The position numbers were made by a program, and so were the translations under genes. A model generated the notes under the pieces. The model saw only the letters and a program-made list of their open reading frames with translations, ran no database searches and was not told where the DNA came from. Below, one piece after another: positions 1 to 9,136 of a stretch of DNA of 56,946 nt. This DNA comes from Candidatus Spyradocola merdavium (GTDB lineage: Bacteria; Bacillota; Clostridia; Christensenellales; UBA1750): assembly GCA_018711265.1 (NCBI GenBank), contig DVIM01000040.1, positions 1-56,946 on the forward strand, given 5' to 3'. Every line of letters starts with the position of its first letter. Within the stretch, counting starts at the first letter, position 1.

Positions 1-312
1 CCGGACTGCAGGCTTTTTTTTGCCGCAAATCGTGAATAAAAATTAGCCATGTGAATAAAAATTCACAATGCAAAAAAACGGGAGGTATCACAAATCCATC
101 ATATTTCGATCATACAGTCTTCAAATGATGAAAAAGTGAAGAATTATTGTGCAAAATGTGAGAAACTCACGCGGAGCACACGCAAAAATAGCCCCAAATT
201 ATATATTTTTTGTTTCAAAAGCGTTCCAGAGGGTTTACATATTTATGCGCGTATGCTATCCTTATCTTGAGCTCAGGGAAGAGCGCACATCATCAGAAAG
301 GGGAAAAGAACC

Positions 313-1782
313 ATGAAGAAACTGCTAGCCAGCGCACTGGCTGCGGCGCTGCTCCTGACATCGTGCGTAACCGCGATGGCGGACAGCACCGAGACGATCT
401 CTGGGAAGAGCTACACCATCGGCGCCTATGAGATCGAGGACGGCGGACACGAAAACAGCGATCCGCTCGCCTTTGACAGGGACGTCAACTCCCTGACCGT
501 GGAGTACGACTACGAGACCATGGACGAGGTCACCACCGGCCGCTACTCCGAAGACGCGAAGATGATTATGATCTACGTCGAGGGCTTTGACACGAGCAAG
601 CTCATCGGCGACATCTCGATCACCATCGACGGCAAGGACTTTGACACCGACGACCTGGTCGGCGCGGAGTACCAGGACCGCATGGGCTACGACGCGGACG
701 AAGGCATTCTCCGCTTCCCGGTTGAGGCGACCAAGTCCGGCTACAGCGACACCTACGTCATCGAGATCGAATCCGACGACGGCGACGGCAACACCGTGAC
801 CGAGACCGCGCGCATCACCCTGCGCCTGGAAAATGAGTCCGAGTACAAGAACGCGGAAACCGCGACCATCTCCCGCATCTCCGGCGACGGCGTGGACGCC
901 TACATCGTGGGCTCCCGCATCTACCTGGACTACGCGTCCTCCAGCACGGACGACGATGCGCTGCTGACGATCACCTTCCGCGATGAGAACGGCGACCTCT
1001 TCGACGTGGTGACCTGGTACTACAACGCGGCCTCCGACGGGAACGAGCTGGATGAACAGGGCCTGTTCAACGCCAGCGACGAGGACGGCGACGTGGATCT
1101 TAACGGCCTGAAGCTCGACAGCTCTGTCGGCTACTTCAAGGTGTACGCCGGCGATTACGATTACTTCGACGATGCCGATGAGGATTACTTCACGAACGTC
1201 TACTTCACCCTGGAGACCTCTTCGGACATCTACGAGACCAAGGAATACTCCGTCGTCGTCCGCACGGACGTCTACGAGACGGACCCCAAGGGCATCTACT
1301 TTGAGGAGTCCAGCATCACCCTTGACATCGGCGAGAGCTACACCCCCAACGTCCTGGGCGTGGCCACCGGCCGCACCGTTGACGCGGTGATCGAGCCCGG
1401 CACGGGCACCAGCCGCAACGTCATCGACATCGAGGACGACGACACCATCATCGGCACCCAGGAAGGCACCGCCTACGTCACCGCGACCTATGAGTTCATC
1501 GCCGAAGGCGAAGTGTTGGAAGAGTACACTTCTTCTTCCATGAAGGTCACCGTCACCGACGAGGTCTATGACGGCGAGTCGGAAGAGGATACCGACGACG
1601 ATGCCACCAGCACCTACATGGTCACCGCCAGCACGCTGAACGTGCGCACCGGCCCCTCGACCTCCTACTCCAAGGTGGGCACGCTCTCCCGCGGCACCTC
1701 GGTGGAGGTTGTGGGCACCTACGGCAACTGGGCGAAGCTGAGCAACGGCTACTACGTGTCCATGAGCTACCTGTCCGCATAA
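313..1782 (+). CDS. Acidic surface lipoprotein with Ig-like (Big_2-type) region and C-terminal SH3b domain
   Basis: 489-aa ORF. N-terminus MKKLLASALAAALLLTSC is a signal peptide with a lipobox Cys. The body is very D/E-rich. C-terminal TLNVRTGPSTSYSKVGTLSRGTSVEVVGTYGNWAKL fits the bacterial SH3 pattern. A hairpin terminator follows. Confidence 0.75.
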   Translation: MKKLLASALAAALLLTSCVTAMADSTETISGKSYTIGAYEIEDGGHENSDPLAFDRDVNSLTVEYDYETMDEVTTGRYSEDAKMIMIYVEGFDTSKLIGDISITIDGKDFDTDDLVGAEYQDRMGYDADEGILRFPVEATKSGYSDTYVIEIESDDGDGNTVTETARITLRLENESEYKNAETATISRISGDGVDAYIVGSRIYLDYASSSTDDDALLTITFRDENGDLFDVVTWYYNAASDGNELDEQGLFNASDEDGDVDLNGLKLDSSVGYFKVYAGDYDYFDDADEDYFTNVYFTLETSSDIYETKEYSVVVRTDVYETDPKGIYFEESSITLDIGESYTPNVLGVATGRTVDAVIEPGTGTSRNVIDIEDDDTIIGTQEGTAYVTATYEFIAEGEVLEEYTSSSMKVTVTDEVYDGESEEDTDDDATSTYMVTASTLNVRTGPSTSYSKVGTLSRGTSVEVVGTYGNWAKLSNGYYVSMSYLSA

Positions 1783-1816
1783 TCTCAGGATCAATCGAAT
1801 CTTTCGGTGCAAAAAA

Positions 1817-1855
1817 GGGGACCCCGAAGTGTGCGCGGGGTCCCCGATCTTTTTT
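1817..1855 (+). terminator. Rho-independent terminator
   Basis: GGGGACCCCG / CGGGGTCCCC stem followed by a T-run, about 35 nt after the stop of 313..1782. Confidence 0.7.
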
Positions 1856-1856
1856 G

Positions 1857-1905
1857 CAAAAAGAAACGGCCCTCCCGAGAAAGCGGGAGGGCCGGCATTT
1901 TTTTT
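1857..1905. terminator. Bidirectional hairpin terminator (serves the - strand amidohydrolase gene)
   Basis: CGGCCCTCCCG / CGGGAGGGCCG stem flanked by an A-run and a T-run. Confidence 0.7.
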
Positions 1906-3286
1906 AGACCTTGCAGCTGCAGCAGCGGCAGCACTTCAGGGAGCGTCCGGCAGCGGCGTTGACGACCTCCTTGCCGCGCACGGCAAGGGCCCCGCCCACA
2001 AGGACGAAGTCGATGCCCTCGGGCGGGTCGTCGGGCCGCCCCTTGTCGACATAGGCGGCGTTGTCGTAGATGGTCTTGGGGTCGAAGACCGCGATGTCCG
2101 CATCCGCGCCCACGCGCATGCGGCCCTTGCGCGCAAAGCCCATCACCTGCGCCGGCAGGAGCGTCGCGCGGCGGACGGCCTCGCAGAGGTTGAGGTTGGC
2201 CTGCTCGCGGACCATGCGGAAGAACGCAGCGAACGTGCCGGCGATCTGCGGGTGGCCCTCGCCGGGGTTGTAGGGCGCGGTGTCGGAGGAGGGCATGATG
2301 TAGTCGCGCGTAAAGGCCAGGGCGATGGAGGGCTCGGCGTCCGTCTTGCAGATGACGGTCTCGTTGGGGTGCAGCGTGCGCATGGTCCGATAGAGCGGCT
2401 CGTCCAGGCGCTGGCCGGTGTATTCGCCGGTGGCGACGAGCAGGCTGGGCAGGATGCTCTCGTGGGCGAAGACATAGCTCTCCCGGAAGCACTCCGAGCC
2501 GATGGAGGTCGCCCAGTCCACGTACATGCCGCTGTCGGCCCAGATGTCCACGCCCTGGGCGCGGGCCTTGTCGAGCATGTCCAGCGCCTCGCGCATGACG
2601 AATTCGCCGTACTGGTAGACCAGATGGCTGATGACGATGCGCGCGCCCGTCCGGCGGGAGACCTCGATGGCGTCCGCCAGGGAGGAGAGGTCGTAATCGT
2701 CCTCCATGCGCGTGTCGATGGAGACGACGCGGCCGTACTCCCGCGCAACCGTGGCCAGGGCGAGGATCTCGTCCAGGGAGGTGCCGGGCGTGTAGCCCAC
2801 GCCCAGGGAGATGCCGGCTGCGCCCTGGCTGAGTCCCTGGCGCGCCAGGCAGCACATGTGGTCGATCTGTTCCTTTGTGGCCGGGGCGTAGATGTTGCAG
2901 GCGCCGACCATCTTGCGCAGGGTGGAGCCGCCCAGCAGCTCCGCGTGGTTGAGCGGATACCCCTTGTCGATGCGGTCAAAGAACTCGGTGACATTGGGAA
3001 CGGACAGGCCGCAGTTTCCGCTGACCAGCGTGGTCACGCCCTGCAGGAGGGAGAGCTTGGCGCAGGTCTCGTGATCCGGGTAGGTGGTCACGTTGTCCAC
3101 GTGGGCGTGCACATCAATAAACCCGGGGCAAACGACGTGCCCAGCGGCGTCAAGCTCGGTGTCTGCATGGAGAGGGGTATCGGAAATCTCCGCAATGCGG
3201 CCGTCCTTTACGCCCACCGAGGCCAAGCGGGCGGTGCAGGACTCGGGGTCGATGACCAGCCCGTTGTTGATGCAAAGCGTATTCAT
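1904..3286 (-). CDS. Amidohydrolase family, N-acyl-D-amino-acid deacylase-like
   Basis: 460-aa ORF. The N-terminal INNGLVIDP..VKDGRIAEI..AAGHVVCPGFIDVHAHVD HxH metal motif is typical of D-aminoacylase-type amidohydrolases. Confidence 0.75.
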   Translation of the reverse strand: MNTLCINNGLVIDPESCTARLASVGVKDGRIAEISDTPLHADTELDAAGHVVCPGFIDVHAHVDNVTTYPDHETCAKLSLLQGVTTLVSGNCGLSVPNVTEFFDRIDKGYPLNHAELLGGSTLRKMVGACNIYAPATKEQIDHMCCLARQGLSQGAAGISLGVGYTPGTSLDEILALATVAREYGRVVSIDTRMEDDYDLSSLADAIEVSRRTGARIVISHLVYQYGEFVMREALDMLDKARAQGVDIWADSGMYVDWATSIGSECFRESYVFAHESILPSLLVATGEYTGQRLDEPLYRTMRTLHPNETVICKTDAEPSIALAFTRDYIMPSSDTAPYNPGEGHPQIAGTFAAFFRMVREQANLNLCEAVRRATLLPAQVMGFARKGRMRVGADADIAVFDPKTIYDNAAYVDKGRPDDPPEGIDFVLVGGALAVRGKEVVNAAAGRSLKCCRCCSCKV

Positions 3287-3409
3287 CTTGTCTGGTTCTC
3301 CTTACGATTGTCAATGGGAAGAGGAAAAAAACGTAGGAAAGGTGAAAGGCGTGATGCCCTTCACCTTTCTTTTTCCGGCGTGGGGAAGAAATTGCGCAGC
3401 GGAGCGGGA

Positions 3410-4462
3410 TTAGGCCTGCTTAAAGGCGTTCCAGATCTCGTTCATCTGCTCGGTCGCCTCGGCGGAGATGTCCTGCATGAACTCGGTCTCGCCCAGGGTG
3501 TCGGCGGGGATGTTGACCGCCTTGTTGTCCAGGAACTCCTGGGGCAGGTACTCCGTCGCGGCGGAGTTGCAGTTGATGTACTGCGTGAAGACGGAAGCCT
3601 TGGCGCTGACCTCCGGGTCGCACATGAAGTTCAGGAACTGATGCGCGGCGTCCGCGTGCGGCGCGTTCGCGGGGATGAAGAAGGCGTCGATGCCGTAGCC
3701 CATGCCCTCCTCCGGGTAGCAAACCTCAAAGTCCGGGCGCTCGGAGAGCACGGCGGAAACCTGGGAGGTGAAGATGTAGCCGATGGTGCACTCGCCGGAG
3801 ATCAGCTTCTCATGCGGGGTGTCGCCGTCCAGGGCGCGGATGTTGGGCTTGAGCTGCAGGAGCTTCTCGCCGGCCTGGGCGATGATCTCCGGGTCCTCGG
3901 TGTTGAGGGAGTAGCCCATGGACTTCAGCGTCATGCCGATGACGTTGCGCATGTCGTCCATCACGACGAGCTGATCCGCAAGGCTGGGGTCCCACAGGCT
4001 GTTGTAGCCGGTGATCTCGCAGGTGACCTTGGCGGGGTCGTACACGATCAGCGGGGTGCCCGCGACGTAGGGCACGGTGTACTTGGCCTCCGGGTCGAAG
4101 TAGTGGTTGAGGTAGGCGGGGTTGAGGTTGGAGAAGTTGGGCACCTTTTCCTTGTCGATCTCCATGATCAGCCCCTCGTTGCGGGCGATGTTGACGACAA
4201 AGTCGCTGCCGATGACGATGTCGTAATCGCCGCCCTCGGCCGCCTCCAGCTTGGTGAGCATTTCCTCGTTGGAGGTGTAGTAGTTATAGTTGATGGCGAT
4301 GCCGGTTTCCTCCGTGAACTGTGCCAGCAGCTCGGGGTCAATGTAGTCGGCCCAGGAGAAGATGACCAGCTCCTGCGCAGGGGCGGACGAGCAGCCCACG
4401 CTCATCAGCATCAGGGCGAGGATCAGCACCAGGCTGAAGGCACGGATCAGGGTCTTTTTCAT
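3410..4462 (-). CDS. potD: Spermidine/putrescine ABC transporter substrate-binding lipoprotein
   Basis: 350-aa ORF with a signal peptide ending LMSVGCSS. PotD-like sequence (LVIFSWADYIDPELL..). Last gene of the potABCD order. Confidence 0.85.
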   Translation of the reverse strand: MKKTLIRAFSLVLILALMLMSVGCSSAPAQELVIFSWADYIDPELLAQFTEETGIAINYNYYTSNEEMLTKLEAAEGGDYDIVIGSDFVVNIARNEGLIMEIDKEKVPNFSNLNPAYLNHYFDPEAKYTVPYVAGTPLIVYDPAKVTCEITGYNSLWDPSLADQLVVMDDMRNVIGMTLKSMGYSLNTEDPEIIAQAGEKLLQLKPNIRALDGDTPHEKLISGECTIGYIFTSQVSAVLSERPDFEVCYPEEGMGYGIDAFFIPANAPHADAAHQFLNFMCDPEVSAKASVFTQYINCNSAATEYLPQEFLDNKAVNIPADTLGETEFMQDISAEATEQMNEIWNAFKQA

Positions 4463-4520
4463 CTCTTTGTCGTTTCCTCCTCAAAAATGATGATCTATAA
4501 TACGCCGTGTGCCGGCCGTA

Positions 4521-5303
4521 TTACCGGGCTTTCCTGCGCAGGGAGCTGAGCAGGTAGAACACGCCGATGGCGCCGAAGACCACCAGCAGCATGAGCGTGC
4601 ACAGGGCGTTGACCTCCGGGGTCACGCCCATCTTGAGCATGGAGTAGACCTGCAGGGGCAGGGTGTTGGAAGTCGTGCCCGTGACGAAGAAGGAGATGAC
4701 CACGTCGTCCATGGACATGGCGAAGGCCAGCAGCGCGCCCGAGATGATCGCCGGCGTGATCAGCGGCAGCGTCACGTCGTAGAAGGCGCGCGTCTGCGTC
4801 GCGCCCAGGTCCCGCGCCGCCTCGACATAGGCGGGGTCCAGGCCGACCAGGCGGCTTTGGACGTTGATGAAGATGTAAGGGACGCAGAACGTCGTGTGCG
4901 CGATGATGAGCGTCACCATCCCGAACGGCACCTGCAGGATGGAGAAGAACGAAAGGTACGCCATGCCCAGGATGATCTCCGGCAGCATCATCGGGATCAG
5001 GGAGACGTTCTCCAGCAGGTTCTGCGCGCGGAAGCGGGACTTGGCCATGCCCACCGCGCCGGCCGTGCCGATGAGGATCGACAGCGCGCACGAGGAGACG
5101 GCCAGGAACAGCGAGTTCTTCAGCGAGCGCATGATCTGCGTGTTGCGGAAGAGCTTTTCATACCACTCCAGGGAGAAGCCCTCCCAGTTGCCGTACTTGG
5201 AGGCGTTGAAGGAGTAGACCACCACCACGATGATGGGCAGGTAGTTGAACAGCAGCACCAGCAGCACGAAGAGCTTGGAGCGCCAGGTATTCGTCCGCTT
5301 CAT
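4521..5303 (-). CDS. potC: Spermidine/putrescine ABC transporter permease
   Basis: 260-aa polytopic ORF with the EAARDLGA permease (EAA loop) motif. Overlaps the potB stop by 4 nt. Confidence 0.85.
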   Translation of the reverse strand: MKRTNTWRSKLFVLLVLLFNYLPIIVVVVYSFNASKYGNWEGFSLEWYEKLFRNTQIMRSLKNSLFLAVSSCALSILIGTAGAVGMAKSRFRAQNLLENVSLIPMMLPEIILGMAYLSFFSILQVPFGMVTLIIAHTTFCVPYIFINVQSRLVGLDPAYVEAARDLGATQTRAFYDVTLPLITPAIISGALLAFAMSMDDVVISFFVTGTTSNTLPLQVYSMLKMGVTPEVNALCTLMLLVVFGAIGVFYLLSSLRRKAR

Positions 5304-6168
5304 CGCAGACCACCCAGGGTTTTCGCCCCTGTAACCCTCTTGTAGATGTAGATGAAGACGGTGGTGAAGACGAGCATGGCGATGGAGAGCGTGGCGCCCA
5401 TCGGCCAGTTGCGCGCCTGCATGAATTCATTCTTGATCAGGTTGCCAAGGAGCAGCGTTTTGCTGCCGCCGAGCAGGTCCGAGATGAAGAACAGCCCCAT
5501 CGACGGCACGAACACCAGCACGCACCCCGCCACAATGCCCGGCACCGTCAGCGGCACCGTCACCGTGCAAAACGCCTTAAAGGGCGAAGCGCCCAGGTCG
5601 CGCGAGGCCTCCACAACCGTCCAGTCCAGCTTCTCCACGGAGTTGTAGATGGAGGTGATCATGAAGGGGAGCAGGGCGTACACCATGCCCAGCATCATCG
5701 CGCCGTTGTTGTAGAGGATCTTGAGCGGCTCGTCGATGATCCCCACGGCCTGCAGGGCGGTGTTGACCACGCCGTTTGCCTTGAGCAGGATGATCCAGCC
5801 GTTGAGGCGCAGAAGCGAGTTGATCCAAAACGGGGTCATGAGCAGCAGCACGATGAAGCTGCGGACCCTGGGCGGGAACTTGGCCGTGAAGTAGGCGAAG
5901 GGATAGCCGATGAGCAGCGTCAGCACGGTGGTGGCGATGGCCACCAGGAAGGAGTCGAGAAAGACCTTGCCGTAGACCGCGCTGAAGAGGTTCTTGTAGT
6001 TCTCCAGCGTAAAGACATTGGTGATGCCCCAAACGTCGTCCTTTTCCAGGAACGTGATGCCGATGACGTAGAGCAGCGGCAGCGCCACGAACAGGAAGGT
6101 CCAGATCGCCAGGATCCACACTGTGGGGGCGATGCGGCGCTTGGGGGCGGAGGAAAGTTCCCGCTCCC

Positions 6169-6172
<4 letters not shown>
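5300..6172 (-). CDS. potB: Spermidine/putrescine ABC transporter permease
   Basis: Polytopic ORF with EASRDLGASPFKAF EAA loop. I place the start at GTG 6172 because it forms a GTGA start/stop overlap with potA. The longer track ORF (to 6235) would overlap potA by 67 nt. Confidence 0.8.
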
Positions 6173-7251
<1,079 letters not shown>

Positions 7252-7347
7252 GTATCCCCTCCCTATATCGAATAAAGAAGTCAGCTCTAGTATGAAAGAA
7301 ATTTTGGAAAAATCAAGTTAAAGTTTTGCATAGAGGGACCAGCCAGG

Positions 7348-7800
7348 TTAAAGCGGTTTGTAGGCCCGTTTCACGCACTTGGGGAGGAACGCCTGGAGCG
7401 CCTCCACGCCGTCGCGCAGGTCGAGATCGCGGTAGTTTCCGCAGCTCTCCTCCGAGGCGCCGGGCACGCTTTCCATGGAAAGAGAGAGGGCGATGGTCTC
7501 CTGCAGCAGGCGGCAGACCGCGTCCTCGCTCAGCCCGATCGTCACAAGGTAGAACCCCGTCCGGCAGCCCATGGGGCCGAAGTAGACGATGTTGTCCGCG
7601 CAGGCCGAGGAGCGCAGGCAGGTGGCCAGCATGTGCTCGACGGTGTGCGCCTCGGTCGTGGTGAGATACCGGCCCGCGTTGGGCCGGAAAAAGCGCAGGT
7701 CCGCCGTCAGAACCGGCACGCCCGCGCGCACGTCCTCCCGAAAGTATACGCCCGGCTCCATGCCGCGATGATCGACGGAAAAGCTGGCGATGGTTTTCAT
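7348..7800 (-). CDS. luxS: S-ribosylhomocysteine lyase
   Basis: 150-aa ORF with the HTVEH metal motif, GPMGCRTGFY and CGNYRD, all characteristic of LuxS. Confidence 0.9.
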   Translation of the reverse strand: MKTIASFSVDHRGMEPGVYFREDVRAGVPVLTADLRFFRPNAGRYLTTTEAHTVEHMLATCLRSSACADNIVYFGPMGCRTGFYLVTIGLSEDAVCRLLQETIALSLSMESVPGASEESCGNYRDLDLRDGVEALQAFLPKCVKRAYKPL

Positions 7801-7857
7801 TCCCGCATTCGACCTCCCTCAAATCCGACCAAAATCCTAGGAGAAAATTTCATGAAT

Positions 7858-7885
7858 ATTATAGCAGAAACGGCCTGCAATGCAA
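7858..7885 (-). promoter_or_regulatory. Candidate sigma-A promoter of luxS
   Basis: On the - strand: TTGCAT, 16-nt spacer, TATAAT, about 60 nt upstream of the luxS ATG. Confidence 0.5.
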
Positions 7886-7894
7886 GAAGTTTTT

Positions 7895-7923
7895 TTGACA
7901 TCTTCGGCGGGATTTGCTAAAAT
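7895..7923 (+). promoter_or_regulatory. Candidate sigma-A promoter of mtnN
   Basis: TTGACA (7895-7900), 17-nt spacer, TAAAAT (7918-7923), about 28 nt upstream of the ATG, with a GGGAGGAAA RBS region. Confidence 0.6.
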
Positions 7924-7950
7924 CGGGAGGAAACAGGCAAAAATGGAGGA

Positions 7951-8643
7951 ATGCGCATGAAAATCGGGATCATTGGAGCCATGGACGTGGAGGTGGAGAC
8001 GCTCCGCAGCCGCATGGAGGGCGCAACGCTGGAAACCGTCTCCGGGATGCAGTTCGCGCAGGGGCGCCTGGCGGGATGCGACGCGGTCGTCGCGGTGGCG
8101 GGCGTGGGCAAGGTCAGCGCCGCCATGTGCGCGCAGACCCTGATCCTGCGCTACCAGCCGGACGTCGTCATCAACACGGGCGTCGCCGGCGGGATCGGCC
8201 CGGACCTGAAGGTCCTGGACGTGGTGCTTGCGACCGCCGTGGTGCAGCACGACATGGATACCTCGCCCCTGGGCGACCCGGTGGGCTATATCTCCGGCCT
8301 TGGCTGCGTGGAGATGCCCTGCGACGCGGCGCTGTGCGCGGCGCTGGCGGACGCGGCGGCGCGCGCGGGCATCGAGGTCCGGCGCGGCCTTGTGGCCTCC
8401 GGGGATCAGTTCATCGCCTCGGCGGAGCAGATCGCCCGCATCCGCGCGCACTTTGACGCCCAGGCCGCGGAGATGGAGGGCGGCGCCATCGGCCAGGTCT
8501 GCACGGCGAACGGCGTCCCCTTCGCCGTGCTGCGCGCCATCTCCGACGGCGGCAACGAGGAGGCGAAGATGAGCTATCCGCAGTTTGTGCAGCGGGCCTC
8601 GGAGCGCTCCGTGCGCATCCTGATGGAGTACCTGCAGGCGTGA
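7951..8643 (+). CDS. mtnN: 5'-methylthioadenosine/S-adenosylhomocysteine nucleosidase
   Basis: 230-aa ORF. MKIGIIGAMDVEVETL..VAGVGKVSAAMCAQTLI..VINTGVAGG..AAEMEGGAIGQVC is the Pfs/MtnN pattern. Confidence 0.9.
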   Translation: MRMKIGIIGAMDVEVETLRSRMEGATLETVSGMQFAQGRLAGCDAVVAVAGVGKVSAAMCAQTLILRYQPDVVINTGVAGGIGPDLKVLDVVLATAVVQHDMDTSPLGDPVGYISGLGCVEMPCDAALCAALADAAARAGIEVRRGLVASGDQFIASAEQIARIRAHFDAQAAEMEGGAIGQVCTANGVPFAVLRAISDGGNEEAKMSYPQFVQRASERSVRILMEYLQA

Positions 8644-8653
8644 TGCGCACGCA

Positions 8654-8682
8654 AAAAAGCGGGCCGAAGGCCCGCTTTTTTT
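8654..8682. terminator. Bidirectional rho-independent terminator
   Basis: A-run, AGCGGGCC gaa GGCCCGCT, T-run, between convergent mtnN and the lipoprotein gene. Confidence 0.8.
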
Positions 8683-8685
8683 GCG

Positions 8686-9117
8686 TCAAAGGAAGCTCTC
8701 CACCACGTAGAGCGTGCGCGTCGTTTCGTCGAGGAAGAGCAGCAGCTCGGAGTTGTCCTCCTGGCTGTCGTACGCGGCGACGCAGTCCGCGTACGGGATG
8801 CGCCACTGCGCGGGCAGGTCCTCCAATTCGCCGAGGAAGTCCTCCGCGGCCGCGGTCACGCCGCTGGCGTAGATCGTGGGCCCGCCGGCCTCGCCCCAGG
8901 CGGCGTCCGGCAGAGCCGCGCCCTCCTCGTATTGGAAGACGTGGTAGCGGACGCCGTCCCCGTGGAAGCTCGCGCCCGTGTCCGCGGAATAGACCTCCCG
9001 GTAGCCGTCCGGCAGGCGCAGTCCCCAGTTTTTCTCGATCGTAGAGGCGTACGAGGTGCAGCCGGGGAGCCAAAACAAAACAGCGAGCAGCGCAAAGACC
9101 GCCGCGATTCGTTTCAT
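8686..9117 (-). CDS. Hypothetical lipoprotein
   Basis: ORF read from MKRIAAVFALLAVLFWLPGCTS (signal peptide plus lipobox). Last gene of the GntR-ABC cluster. No family recognised. Confidence 0.6.
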   Translation of the reverse strand: MKRIAAVFALLAVLFWLPGCTSYASTIEKNWGLRLPDGYREVYSADTGASFHGDGVRYHVFQYEEGAALPDAAWGEAGGPTIYASGVTAAAEDFLGELEDLPAQWRIPYADCVAAYDSQEDNSELLLFLDETTRTLYVVESFL

Positions 9118-9136
9118 CAAAATCCCTCCTGATCGA

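Noticed and set aside
1904-1945. Cys-rich C-terminal tail (..SLKCCRCCSCKV) of the amidohydrolase.
   Set aside because: It coincides with a GCTGC-rich stretch immediately before the terminator. It is most likely a fortuitous extension of the reading frame rather than a functional metal site, and there is no supporting evidence in the sequence.
1829-4549. Very long ORFs in the track: 1829..4549 +, 325..1812 -, 14416..18183 +, 18634..22827 -, 22766..26581 -, 31616..34003 -, 35878..37347 -, 36890..38536 -, 53791..55419 -, 55211..56599 - and many shorter ones.
   Set aside because: All lie antisense to or out of frame with genes that have clear family signatures. Their translations are Arg/Ala/Gly/Pro/His-rich low-complexity strings with no motifs and no RBS. 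Long spurious ORFs are expected in ~65% GC DNA because stop codons are AT-rich.
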